Of a stretch of 64,000 nt of DNA, positions 29,323 to 42,753 are shown one piece after another (within the stretch, counting starts at the first letter, position 1; every line of letters starts with the position of its first letter). The notes under the pieces were generated by a model that saw nothing but the letters and a program-made list of their open reading frames with translations, made no database searches and had not been told where the DNA came from. Position numbers and translations under genes: made by a program. This DNA is from the human T2T-CHM13v2.0 reference genome, Homo sapiens, in assembly GCF_009914755.1 (NCBI RefSeq), contig NC_060925.1. The stretch is one strand, 5' to 3'.

Positions 29323-32300
29323 TTAGAAATAAAAAGGAGCATTATGTTACAAAAATAAGGATTATAAGAGACTTATAAGGCTTGTAAGAATTATATGCCA
29401 ACAGATTGAATAACTTGAGAGAAACTGATATATTCCTAGGAAAATACAATCTACCAAAACTGAATGAAGAAGAAATAGAAAGCCTGAACATACCAATAAC
29501 AAAAAGGAGATTGAATCAGTAATCAAAAACTTCCCAACAAAGAAAAGCCAAGGGCCAGATGACTTCATGGACAACTTCTACCAAACATTCAAATAATTAA
29601 TACCAATCCTTCTCAAACACTTCCAAAAAGTGGAAGAAGAGGGAACACTCCCAAATTTATTTTATGAGGACAGCATCATGCTGATTCTAAACCAGACAAA
29701 GATAACACAAAAAAAGAAAACTACAGGCCAATATCCCTAATGAACACAGATACAAAAATCCTTCATAAAGTACTAGCGAACTGAATTCAACAGCACATTA
29801 AAAGGATCACACACTATGACCAAGTGGGATTCATCCCTGGGGTGCAAAGATGGTTCAGTATACTCAAACAATCAATGTGATACAACACAATAACAAAATG
29901 AAAGGAAAAAAACACACATAATCATCTCAATAGATGCAGAAAGAGCATTATTTAACATTCACTTATAATTAAAATGCTCAGCAAAATAGGCATAGATGGA
30001 ACGTACCTCAACACAATAAAGTCCATATATTAAAAGTCCACAGCTAACGTCATAATAAATGGGAAAAAATTGAAAGCTTTCCCTCTAACATCCAGTATAA
30101 GGCAAGGATGCCCACTCTTACTACTTCAACATAGTACTGAAATCCTAGTTGAAGCAATTAGGCAAGAAAAAGAAAAGACATAACTAAAGAAAGAAGTAAA
30201 ATTATCTCTGTTTTTGATGACATGGTCATATATATGGAAAATTCTAAAGACTCATCTCCCCAAAAATGTTGTAATAAACCAATTCAGTAAATTTTCAGGA
30301 TAGAAAAATCACCATACAAAATTCACTAGCATTTCTGTACACAAACAATGAACTATCTGGAAAGGAAATTAAGAAAATAATAATCTTTAATCTTTTTGCC
30401 ATTCACAATAGCACAAAAGATTAAAATATGTAGGAACAAACTTAATCAAAGAGGTTAAAGACTTGTACACTGAAAATTATAAAACATTGATGAAGGAAAT
30501 TAAAGAAGACACAGATAAATAGAAAGACATCCATGTCCAATGATTGAAAGAATTAACATTGTTCAAATGTCTATACTACCCAAAGCTATCTACAAATTCA
30601 ATGCAATCCCCAAAAATTCCAATGTTATTCCTTCTATAGAAATTTTTTAAAAATCCTAAAATTCATCTGAAACCACAAAAGACCCTGAATAGACAAATCA
30701 GTCTTGCGCAAGAGGAACAAAGCTGGGAACATAACCACTTTCCAATTTCAAAACATACTAATTATAAAGCTATAATAACCAAAGGAGGATGGTAGTAAAG
30801 ACAGACAACTAGACCAATGGAACAGAAGAGAAAGCCTAGAAATAAACCCATTTATCTACAGTCAACTGACCTTTGATAAGATGCCAAACACATGGAATGG
30901 GGAAAAGATAGTCTCTTCAACAAACAGTGTTGGAAAAATTGGATATTCACATGTAGAAGAAAGAGACCCTTATGTCACACCATATACAAAAACCAACTAA
31001 AAATGGATTAAAAACTTAAACATCAGGCCTAAAACAATACCACTACTAGAAGGAAACATAGGGGAAAAGCTTCTTGACATTCATCTGGGCGATGATTTTT
31101 CAGATATGATACCAAAGCATAGGTAGCAAAAGCAAAAATAAACAAGAGCAATTACATCAAACTAAATATCTTCTGCATAGCAAAGGAAATAACTGGCAGA
31201 GTGAAAAGGCATCCTACAGAATGGGAGAAAATATTTGCAAATCATATTTCTGATAAGAGTTTAGTATGCAAAATAGGTAAGGAACTCACGCAACTCAATA
31301 GCAAAAGAAACAAACTGATTGTAAAATAAACAAAGAACTTGAGTAGACGTTTCTTCAAAGAAGACATACAAATGGCCAACAGGTATATGAAAAGCTGCTT
31401 AACATCACTAATAATCAGGGAAATGCAAGCCAAAACCACAGAGAAATCACCTCACACCTTTTAGAAGGACTACTATCAGAAAGACAGAAGATAACAAGTG
31501 TTGACCAAAAAAAATGTGAATTAAAAAAAGAATTCTTATACACTCATGATGGGATATAAATTGCTATATCCATATAAAGAACAATATGTAGGTTCCTCAA
31601 AAAATTAAAAACAGAACTACCTGATGATCCAGCAATCACACTTCTGGGTATATATCCAAAGGAAATGAAATCAGTATCTCAAAGGGATAATTGCACTCCC
31701 ATGTTCATTTCAGCATTATTCACAATAGCCAAGATATGCAGGCAACCTAAATGCCCATTGATGAATAAATGGTTAAAGAAAATGTGGTATATAATGGAAT
31801 ATTACAACGGAATACATACAATCCATATGATGGAATATTATTTAGTCTTTAAAAAGAAGTAAATCCTGCCACTTATAACAGGGATGAACCTGGAGGACAT
31901 TATGCTAAGTGAAATAAACCAGATACAGAAAGACAAATACTATACAATCTTACTTATATGTGGGATCTAAAATAGTCAAACTCATAGAAGCAGAAAGTAG
32001 AATGGTGATTGCAAGGGCCTGGGAGGAGGGAGAAATGGGGAGATGTTGGTCAAAGAGTACAAAGTTTCAGTTATTCAAAGTGAATCAGTTCTGGAGATTT
32101 AATGTACAACATTGTGAATATGGTTAACAGTAATGTATTGTACCCTTGAAATTTGCTAAGAGAATAGATCTTAAAGGTTCTCATCACACATTTCCAAAAA
32201 GACGCTGGTAACCATGTGAAATGATGGGTATGTTAATTAGCTTGATTTTGATGATTACCTCACAATGTATAGGTATATCAAATCATCAAGTTGTATACCT

Positions 32301-32517
32301 TAAATATACTATTTTTAATTGTCAGTTATACCTCAATAAAGCTATAGGGGGAAAGAACAGGCAAAAAAAAGATATAAGAAATAATAATAATAAAAATAAA
32401 TAAAAGAAAGAAGTAATAGCATCCCTTGATGCCAAATAATTAGTTTGTATTTTTTTCAAGCTACAAGTTTACAAGGAAATTTCTTACCCTTCATGGTGAC
32501 ATTTCTAAAATGGTTTG

Positions 32518-33050
32518 TGTAAAGAAAAGAGTTAATACAGCAGGACTAAAACTGCTACCTTTAGAAAAGACTGCCTGCAAAGTTGGCCCTTGGCTGGTAT
32601 TTGGTAACTTGGATTTGGGAAGGGTTCCCATCATTCCCTGATAAGAATGGCTCGCTGTGCCTAAACTTTTTATGCAAGCAATATTATTTGAGCTGAATAT
32701 CTGCTTTCCTTGTAGGAGTCTGAAATATTGGAACATGCCATGCAGAGAGTACTTATGTGAGCAATCCCAGTGAAACTTTGGGCACTAAGTCTCTAATGGG
32801 ATAGACATTTCATGTGTTATTATAACTAATTGCTGGAGGATTTAAGCGTGTGGCATGTGACTCTACAGGACACTTGAAAGCTTACATCTGGTTTCCTCTG
32901 GTCTTCACCCTATGCACTTTTTCTCTTTGGAAATTTTGCTCGTATCCTTTCACTGTAATGAATTAGAGCCACAAGTGTGACTATACACTGAGTCCTGTGA
33001 GTTCTCCTAGCAAATCACTGAACCTGGGGGTGGTTTTGCAGACCCTGACA
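32518..33050 (+). mobile_element. MER68-like ERVL solo LTR
   Basis: TGTAAAGAAAAGAGTTAATACAGCAGG...GTTGGCCCTTGGCTGG...ACCCTGACA. Confidence 0.75.
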
Positions 33051-33269
33051 GTCTAAAGTATCTGTTAATTTTTTAGACATTCTAACCATTTTTCCAGCTT
33101 AACACATGACAGTTGACATTCACATTTGCCACACATTTCCATGGGTTATGTTTTATGTACAATTCCATGCATGCCAGTATAAGGCCCTCTTTTCTCTCCT
33201 AGTTGCAAGTAAGTAAAAGTGCCCATTATGTTAAAAATATAGTCTTGTCTATTACAAAAAATAGAAATG

Positions 33270-33505
33270 TGTATAAATGCTTGTGTCAGATATTGTTCTA
33301 GGCACTTTATATACATGTTAATTCATTTAATTCCCACAACAACCCTAATCATTATTTCTTCTATTTTAAGTTAAGGAACATGTAAGAAAACTGAAGCACA
33401 CAGAGGTTAAGAAGCTTGCTGTATTTTGCATAGCTAGCAAGTGGTAGAGCTAGGATTTGAACTTAGAAAGCCTGGTTCCAGTACCAGACCTTAAGTACTA
33501 CCTTA
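33270..33505 (-). mobile_element. MIR
   Basis: GAAAACTGAAGCACACAGAGGTTAAG...GCTAGGATTTGAAC. Confidence 0.7.
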
Positions 33506-33689
33506 TAAAATCTCCCTTTTGAGTAAATCACTCATAAACTTTGGTATTTAACTACTATTAATCATAATTTACAACAAATCTCAGTTAACCATTTTAAGCC
33601 ACACTGATATGTCCTACCAGTCTGACTGAGAACCTGTACTCTAACATAGTATTAGAAACATTGTCCCAAGGTAGGAGAACTGGGACCAA

Positions 33690-33790
33690 GGACAGGATTC
33701 TAACTGTGACTGTATTGCCAACTAAATGTGTAACTTCAAGTAACTTATCCTCTCTTGCCTCAGTTTTTACATCTATAAAATGATGACACT
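33690..33790 (+). mobile_element. MIR core fragment
   Basis: CAAGTAACTTATCCTCTCTTGCCTCAGTTTTTACATCTATAAAATG. Confidence 0.6.
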
Positions 33791-33929
33791 AGGCTCTTAG
33801 TAACACTCACTGATGTGCTGTCACTATTCTGGGAATGATGCTATGGTCCCTATTCTAAACAAGCATAATATTTTTCTGGAAGACATTGTTTAAAATATAG
33901 GTTTTAAAAAAGAGGACACAAACTGGTTA

Positions 33930-34420
33930 AGTGGCAGAGGCTGCTAGTGGTATCCCAAGAATCAATCTTCCTTTTTTCCTAAGAAACAAAAATCTACAGT
34001 TGTACCTATTGTTTCCCAGTTAAAGACTATATACTTAGATTCCTCTTCAACTAGATGTGTTCATGTGTCCAAGTTTTGGTTAATAATATATAAGCATAAG
34101 TATTGTATGTCACTTTGGGGAAGTGTCCTGCATGGAATGGGACATGCCCTTCTTTGCTTCTTCCCCTAGTTGTTACCTGAAACTTAGATGTCATTGCTGG
34201 AGTTCCAGCTCAGACTCATGGAGACAAGGATCATACCCTACAGAGGGTAGACAGTGAGCTGGTTGCAAGTGAGTTTCTTTTCACCTTCAAGGCACTTCCA
34301 TACCAGTCCTAAATTCCCTATCCTCGGACTTTGTGAGAAAGAAAGAAAGTTCTATCTTATTTATGTCACTATTGTTTGGGGTTTTCTGTCACATGCATCT
34401 AAACCTAATTCTAGTTTACA
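33930..34420 (+). mobile_element. MLT1I/J-like LTR
   Basis: GTGATGGCTGGAG-like motif; ends CACTATTGTTTGGGGTTTTCTGTCACATGCATCTAAACCTAATTC. Confidence 0.6.
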
Positions 34421-35372
34421 TAAGTGGTACAGGCAATAAATATACTAGGGCAGAAAGAACAGACACCAAAATAGGTTACTTCTCAGGAAGGGAAACACTT
34501 TAGTTCTTGAAATAATTTCGATATGTTAGAAGGAGAAAAAGGGTAACTCAATTAGAAAGAAAGTGTGAGCAAAATCAAGGAGATAGGAAAAGCACAACTT
34601 GTTAAGGTATAAGAAAAAGATTCTCTTACTTGAAAAGCAGTATTTGTCAAGCAGCAGTACTGGACATGTTAAGTAGGGATAAATTATGGTAAGTTTTAAT
34701 GCTGGGATAAGAACTTTATAGAGGGTCCGAGAAGTAAAATAAAATCTCTATTACAACTTAAAATATTACAGCTTATTTTACCTGACCCCACACAACACTC
34801 CTCTCATGATAAGATGCTCTGCTATGGGTTAAGGAAAAAACCTGAGTCTTCAAGAAAAATCTAGGGAAGTGGAAAGTGGGTTAACCAGAGAAGGTAGGGC
34901 TTCTAGACAGTGAGGAAACAAATGAGATTATATTAATAAATAAAATTGGGCAGGAGCAACTTCTGTTTTTTGCATCTTATGTGGCATTTCTTTCATTCTC
35001 TTTTTCCCCATAAGGTGGCGTGCCCTTGGAAAGCTATCAGGAATCAGGATGTGTCCTAAGGGAGCAGAGGTATGAAATGGGCTGCTTCAGTCTGACTCTA
35101 GTCAAGTTTGGCACTAAATAGAGAAAAGGGTGTCCTTTGTTGCAGATTTTTGATCCACTCCAGCTCATCAGGGTTGAAGACAAGAAAGAAATTTGAAGCC
35201 AAAGTCCTGTTAGTAGTAAACAGTACATTTATCTGGAGTGCCCTTTATGCCACCTGTGTATCACCATAAATAGCGAGGATGACATACTGATGATTTAGGG
35301 TCCAGGCCATTTTTTTCCATCTGTACCTTACCTCACAAATAACAACGCACATATTCCTAGTAATAATCATGA

Positions 35373-35726
<354 letters not shown>

Positions 35727-35769
35727 TAAATTGATATTGCATTTAGATAAACACTTCTTAAATTTCAAC

Positions 35770-36740
35770 ATCTAGTTTTGATAGAATGTAAGGTCTAGAA
35801 GGCCAAAGACAGTATCTATCTTGCTCTTTCATGTATTCCCAAACATAAGACCTAGCTAGCCCATGGTAGGCACACAATAAATATTTAAATCTATGAAACT
35901 GCCAGAGTTCAAAACCTATTGAAAACAATATTTTATAGCTCTACATGCTGCCTGATATCACTTTAAATTCATGACTACTGACTTCAACTGTACCTTTGCC
36001 ACCAGAAATCTTATTTTGTTTCCTCAATCCATTTACTCTCCCACTCTCCTAGAAGACTATTTCATACCTTCTGTTTCTTCAAACATCCAACATGTCCTTG
36101 CTTCCCATTTCATGGAAGAAATTGAAGCACTAGGAAAAATGCTTCCACAAACCTGCTACGACTGTGTCCACATAGTAGCACTTCTCCTATAACTATGGAT
36201 AAAATGCTTAACCAAGGCCAAACCCTTCCATGAGCATTAGCTCCCATCTCCTGTCACTCACTCAAAGATTAAGGACAATCCCCTACCAACACTCCCCTCC
36301 TTTCCTATATTATCACTTATACCCCCTCCAGTGGATTATTCCCCTAAGCATACAAACATCACTTCTTCAATTTCTAGAAAAACATTCTCTTAATCCCATA
36401 CCTCCTTCAGTTACCATTGCATTTCCCTTCTTCTCATCACAGCAAAACTCCTTGAAAGAGTTGTCAATTTCTATCTCCAATTTCTATCCTCTGTTTTCCC
36501 CATAGCCATTGTCACCACCTGGCATACCATGTATTTCACTTCTTTAGTTATTGTCTCCTCCTATCTATATTCCAATACAAATCTGAAAAAGGAAGTCAGG
36601 TTTTTGTTTGTTTGGTTGGTTGGTTGGTTGGTTTCCTGTTTTATTTGCTATGGCATTTCCGTTACCTAGAAGAGAAACTGGACACATCAGTTATTCAAGA
36701 AAAATTAGTTAATAAAAGAAATACTTGCTGAATGAGTAAG
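35770..36740 (+). mobile_element. L2 fragments
   Basis: CACAGCAAAACTCCTTGAAAGAGTTGTC; L2 tail motifs at about 35870 and 36720. Confidence 0.55.
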
Positions 36741-37526
36741 CCAATCCCTGTTTAAGTAAGAGATGTATGTTTTTAAGATATGCATGCATTACAACTAAGT
36801 CCAGAGTCCTACTCATCTATCTATTTGCTTTTCAACTGTTTGGGTTGGAAAAGGATATGATCATTGTTTAATATTTTCTTAAAATGTTGAGGTTCTGGTG
36901 ACCTTATAAACAAGAGTCTATAAAATAAGCACTTTAATGCTATATGCTATAAAAATGTTTAAAGAAAGGAGAATTACTATAAGATTTTACAGTGAAGATG
37001 GAAAACTTGAGAGACACACAGAGCACTCTTGGACTCTTATGTGACACTAATATTTTATAATATTTGAAAATAGACATATTTCAAAGTGAATAATCTAAAT
37101 GAGCTTAACAAATTTTAAAATTAAGTGCATTTTTTAATCTCTTCATCACTTGACTAAATTAAGATGTTGATCCTCTATTCATTAACAAACGAACTGAAAT
37201 TTCTGTAAAATTTTCAAATTTTTCAAAGAAAAAATCAATGATGAAATGTTTTGTGAAGACTTCGCACACTGTGACATTGAAATTAAAAGATTTACTAATA
37301 GATATCAGTTATGATAATATAGAGTAATTCATGGAACTTCTCTTGTAAACAATAGTAATATGAAAACACAAAAAATCAAATGAGAATGCACAAAGTCATT
37401 AACATTTACATTGAAACCTACTGCTTGTGCACACTCCAGTTTTCTCTTTCATGAGAGTCTGAATTTTTGAAAATTAAATTTAAAACCTGATTTTTGTTTA
37501 AAATTCTACAGACAAAAACGTTTTAC

Positions 37527-37679
37527 CTGTTCATAGGCCCCAACCTTGAGTGCTGTCTCTGGTGCAATTTTTAAAACATTTACACCATTTCCTCACCAAA
37601 GGGAAAAAATCCCTCCTTCTTTCACCAACTGCTCAAGGCCACTAATCAATCTCATTTTCCTTGACTTTAAACTATGAAC
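37527..37679 (-). pseudogene. SLC25A24P1: Exon 6 equivalent (153 bp) with premature stop: [50 protein letters not shown]
   Basis: Acceptor TTATAG|GTT, donor CAG|GTAAAA; TGA at codon 29 replaces the Arg of the SLWRGNG motif; translated by hand. Confidence 0.95.
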
Positions 37680-38074
37680 CTATAAATAAATAGCACATTT
37701 ATTTACTTTTCAATTCATTTTACTGGCTTTATGGCATTGGTATTGCTATTGCTAATAAAAATAAATATACATATACGCATAAATTCATGATTTTCAAGAT
37801 ATTTTTAATTTTCCCTCAGAGACATCTAAAACTAATATATTAATATTTCTTGTCACGAAATACATACTTTAATTAATCTGACACATCAAAGAGAAAAGGA
37901 CAACTTAAAAAAACAGAAATAACTTAATTACCAGGGAATTTGAGCATAAACAAGATGCGTTGATGGTACAAATATGTTACAAGATTATTAAAGAGTACAT
38001 TGAAATATGCAACGAGAAAAGGATAAATGAAAATACATCGAACTTTCAACAGTGGATATTCCTGGGTGGCAAGG

Positions 38075-38469
38075 TGTTATGGGTTAATATGTGTCTCCCA
38101 AAATTCATATGTTGAAGTCCTAACCCTCATTCCCTCAGAATGTGACCTAGAGATAGGGTCTTTAACAAGTTAAAGTGACATCATTAGGGTGTGCCCTACT
38201 CTGACTGGCATCCTTATGAAAGGAAATTTGGACACTGAGACATGACACACACAGAGAGGAAACAATGTGAAGAGACAGAGAAGACTGCCTTCTGCAAGCC
38301 AAGGAAAGAGACCTGGAACAGATTATTCCTCGCACCCCTCAAAAGGAGCCAACCCTGCCAACACCTTGATTTTTGACTTCTAGCCTCCAGAACCAAGACA
38401 ATAAGTTTCTGTTATTTAAGCCAGTCAGTTTATGGAACTTTGTTGTAGCATCCCTAACAACCTCATACA
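38075..38469 (+). mobile_element. MLT1B-like solo LTR
   Basis: TGTTATGGGTT...AAATTCATATGTTGAAGTCCTAACCC...CTTCTAGCCTCCAGAAC...ATACA. Confidence 0.8.
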
Positions 38470-39129
38470 TGAGGAGTACAGGTCATTTTAACGTCTTCCT
38501 TTATCCTTTTCTGTGTTTTCCCATTTTTCTAGTGTGCTATCTTACAATAAGAAAAAAATGCTATTTTTAAGAAAGTACAGTTAAAACATTAATTAAAATG
38601 CCCTTCTGTCTATAAAGTAAGAGAAAAATCATGGGAGAACAAGGCAAAATGAACATTCTCTTCTGTGGGTAGAACAAATTTAGAAAAAAATTCAGTAAAA
38701 TATTTACAGCCTTAAAAATGTTCATATCATTACTTAAACCAGGAATTTTTCAATCAAATAATCTTAACTAGGAAAAAGATTAATAAAGAATGGTGTTCAT
38801 CATAAAATTATGAATAATTGCTTTAAAAAAAGGAGGATTAAAAACCACCTACGTGTCTATGGATCAGAAAAAGTGATTAAAGTATCAAAAATTCCAACCC
38901 AGGGCTCTCTGACTGTAAAGTCTCTGCTCAGGAATCATATTAAATTACCTCTGACCACAACACATATGTCTTCCTCTGTTTCACAGAATTCTTTTCCAGT
39001 TGTGTGAAGCTCACACAATAATACCTCTATCAATAGAGTGGACAAGTTCTAATGAACCCATTTCACTGTCAAATATAAGGATAAATGAAAGCCATGAGAC
39101 CCAACCTAGAACAGCATAAAAGGGCAGCG

Positions 39130-39380
39130 ACTCTTTCCTGCTTTCCGTTCCTTCCTTTGCTTCTCATTATAGTACTCTCCTCACCCCACTTCAAACTCGC
39201 TTGTATCTATCATCTTCCCTCCTCTTTTTTCCCCTATTTTCCTTTTCTTTTTTATGTTTCTGTCTCCCATCCTCTTCCTACTTTTCTCTATCCACCTCCC
39301 TTACCCCTTTCTCTTTTTTCACTCTTTTCAGGTCTCCCTATTTGCCCCCTCCCTAATCCACTGACTCATTTCCATCCCCT
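39130..39380. repeat. Pyrimidine-rich (CT) low-complexity tract
   Basis: Strong C/T bias on the + strand; explains ORF 39085..39453. Confidence 0.65.
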
Positions 39381-41117
39381 CAGAGAACTGAGTGCCCTTA
39401 CCCTGTGTCCTTACAATAGCCACAAATACAATTTTCTATCTTGTACACGGTGATTATGTGCAATTAATTGACAACTATTGTTTTCAATATTATCATCACC
39501 ATCACATAGATATGTTGTTTGTGTCTCTGTAAGGTCCTGGAGTATAAGAAATATGCTTTTTCATCTTTGTATTTCTAGCACCTAGCATATGATGGGCGCA
39601 CGACAAATACATTGTCTTTATTTTTCCTCTTGGTCCCATTCCTGTGTTTCTCATCTCCCTACATGTCTCCATCTCTGTGTAGCACTGTATCATGTCTGTA
39701 TATTTCTCCTTTAAATTTCATTATTTAATTTTCTGACAGGCCCAGTTACTGAGGAAGCTGTTTTATATTTCCACCTGCAACACAGAATTTTCAGCTCCTG
39801 CTCTTACCTAAGGACTGACTGAACTGAGTCACCTATCTGAAAAGAATATAGATCACAGATGGAATCAAACATGCGGAAGGATGATGGGTTATGTGTCTTA
39901 CCATCTAATGCCATTCAAAGTATGTTCCCTACACTTAGCCCACTGAATTAAAGGTTTATCTCCATGGGATGCATTAACCAGAATCTCAACCTATATTTAT
40001 GTAAGAAATATTAGGCATGGGGGGAATAGTATTTACTCCCCTTGGTGCTCCCACAGTACTATGTGTATCATCTGTCTGGGTAGATAGCACTTATATCACA
40101 TTTTATTATTACCTATCTAACTAACTATTGTCCAAGAAAGCTTGTAAATTCTCTAAGGACAAAAACTATGTCTAACATTTTCCTATAGTCCCTAATGCCT
40201 ATTAAAGCAGCTAGTATATAATTGGCCCTAAATAAATATATGTGGAATTAATGAAGTCTTTTCCCTTGCAAAACCTATCCTTCTAACAACCTATATTTTC
40301 CATAAATGATATATTTATATAAGTTTAATTCCTAATTAAGATAAATCATTTTTTAGAATGAGACAGAAGTATAAACTAAATAGTTCTTAAACATGTGACA
40401 CTAAAGTTATTACACAATTAATTCACATTGTATAATAACTGTTCATAATGCATTACTAAAATGTCACCAACATTACCGAAAAGCAAAAGATAGTAAAACA
40501 CCCACATATGTGAATTTAATTTGAAATTTAAGTTAATTAGGTTGTGGATGATTAATTTTTATATCCTTGCAGAGAAAGTATTCAGCAAATATCAAACTTT
40601 AATTGTGGATTCTACTTATGATAATTAACACATTAAGCCATGCACTATTTTATAACTACTGTTGACAATCCATTATTCAATGAAATAAATGTAATTAAAC
40701 AAAATATAATAATAGACTCTAAACTTATTTTCTGCCTCTTGGAAATATTTTTAGTAATTAAATGGTAGAATAGAACCATGCTATTATGTTGGTGCCAGGG
40801 TTAGAGATAACCAATACAAAGTCTAATGGTATCTTCTCATTTCTTTCATAAATTTAGTTCCATTTTTGAAAAAAATTCTAATAGAGTGGTTCTATTATTA
40901 TTTAAAATAAAAATTAACTTGAATACACAGTAGCTTCTTTAAGAAAATTAAGAAATCTTTTAATATTGAAAATTAGCATTTACATTTTCAGGAAAATGTA
41001 AAATTTTAATGAGAAGTAGTATATGAGAAAACATTTTTTTAAAACCTTTTTTGAAAGCTGCCAAAGACTTTTCAAGTTACTTTAACTCTTAAAGGGTAGG
41101 TAAGGCGAGCAAAAAAC

Positions 41118-41276
41118 CTGCATCATGACTTTCAAGCGGTCTAAAGGTGCCGTGCATGTCCGTGCAACCGCACTAGCTATTCCTGCTGACACCAAACGCT
41201 TCCACCAATCTCCAGACTGCTTTTCTTGTTCGGTAAATTCATCTGGAATAGCTATACTCTCTCCTATATCAATTAA
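41118..41276 (-). pseudogene. SLC25A24P1: Exon 5 equivalent (159 bp): [53 protein letters not shown]
   Basis: Acceptor TATCAG|TTA, donor CAG|GTTTTT; homologous to SLC25A24 GIDIGDSLTIPDEF...APLDRLKIMMQ; lies inside ORF 41082..41444. Confidence 0.95.
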
Positions 41277-42407
41277 CTGATAAATAGGAAGAATTATTAG
41301 ACAATAAACAAAAGTGTAAACACTTGATAAATTATAAGGATAGCTTTCTACAAGGAGCAAAGATAACTTTTTACAAGGACCAAAAATCCAAAGATTTTTT
41401 TCATGCCACTTCCTGTTACTGAAGATCAACAATTTTCTTAGCACCTGTACTACATCAAGTGATTTTTAATAATGCATTGACATATAGATTTAATGTAAAA
41501 TCAATTAAATTAGAGCAATTATTAATTTAAAATTCTCAAACTATTTAGTTAATCTGTTCTCTGAAAAATGTAAACCCTGAGTACAGGGATTACATACCAG
41601 CCACTCATCACAATGTCTGCCACATACTAGGCAAGGAATAAATAATAAATATTCCTTGCTTTATTTCAAATTCTCTCAAACTCCTTTAATTACTTAAACC
41701 TAAGTCAAAATTCAAGAGTAGCATCTTATATGATTTGATTAAATTTCTTTATTATTTGCATTGACTCCTTCTTCAAATGTCAGTTTCCTTTTTAAAAGTC
41801 TATACTCTAACCACTTTTGCATTTTACTTTATTTTCAGTGATCATACTTGCTTATGACAAGATGATCACTTTTTTCTAAATGATGAGGCAATGTGGTTTA
41901 GTGCAGAAGTTAGTTTCTGCCCTCTAGGAATTTACAGAGTAATAAAAGAGATAGGAAAGGAAAAAAAGCAATTATAATACAGAGAAAATAAGTAAAATAA
42001 CAAGGGTAGCAAATAAAGGTGTCTTAAGAAGACAGTATAGAGGCTGGAGGCAAAGCAAGAAGGCAGAAGACTCTACCCATCATCCCCCTGCAAGGACACC
42101 AATTCAACAATTATCTACCCAAATAAAACACCTTCATAAGAACTAAAAATCAGATGAGCCCTCATAGTAACTGATTTCAGCTTTGTATCACTGAACGAGG
42201 CAGTGAAGAGATAGAACAAACAGCCTTAAATCGCTGGCACCATCCCTGCTACACCCCAACAGTGGTGGCAAGGTACGGGGAGTGTCTCTGGGCACTGGGG
42301 GAGGGAGAGCACAGCAATTGTGAGGCATTAAACTCAGTGCTGTCCTGTTAAAGAAGAAAGGAAAAGTGAACTGAACTCAGCGGACACCCACCCATGGAAG
42401 AAATAAG

Positions 42408-42418
42408 ATGTATGTGTG

Positions 42419-42460
<42 letters not shown>

Positions 42461-42753
42461 CATATGTGTTTTTGAGACAGGGTCTTACTCTGTTGCCCAG
42501 GCTGGAGTGCAGTGGTGTGATCATGGCTGACTGCAGCCTCGATCTCCCTGGGCTCAGGTGATCCTTCCACTTCAGCCTCCCAAGTAGCTGGGACCATAGG
42601 CATGCGCCACCACAAGGCTAATTTTTGTATTTTAGTAGAGATGGGGTTTCACCACGTTGCCCAGGCTGGTCTCAAACTCCTGGACTCAAGCAATACTCCC
42701 ATCTTGGGCTCCCAAAGTGCTGGGATTACAGGTGTGAGCAACTATGCCCAGCC
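42408..42753 (-). mobile_element. AluJb with a (CA)n/(TG)n microsatellite tail
   Basis: (TG)n at about 42409-42468 then an antisense Alu. Confidence 0.9.

Noticed and set aside
37593-37595. TGA as selenocysteine or programmed readthrough
   Set aside because: The homologous residue is a conserved Arg, not Cys; the context TGA-GGA is not the TGA-CTAG readthrough motif; I recognised no SECIS element.
39085-39453. 122-aa Pro/Leu/Phe-rich ORF
   Set aside because: It is a translation of a CT-rich low-complexity tract.
41082-41444. 120-aa ORF as a single-exon gene
   Set aside because: Only 41118-41276 is carrier-homologous; the flanks are intronic read-through.
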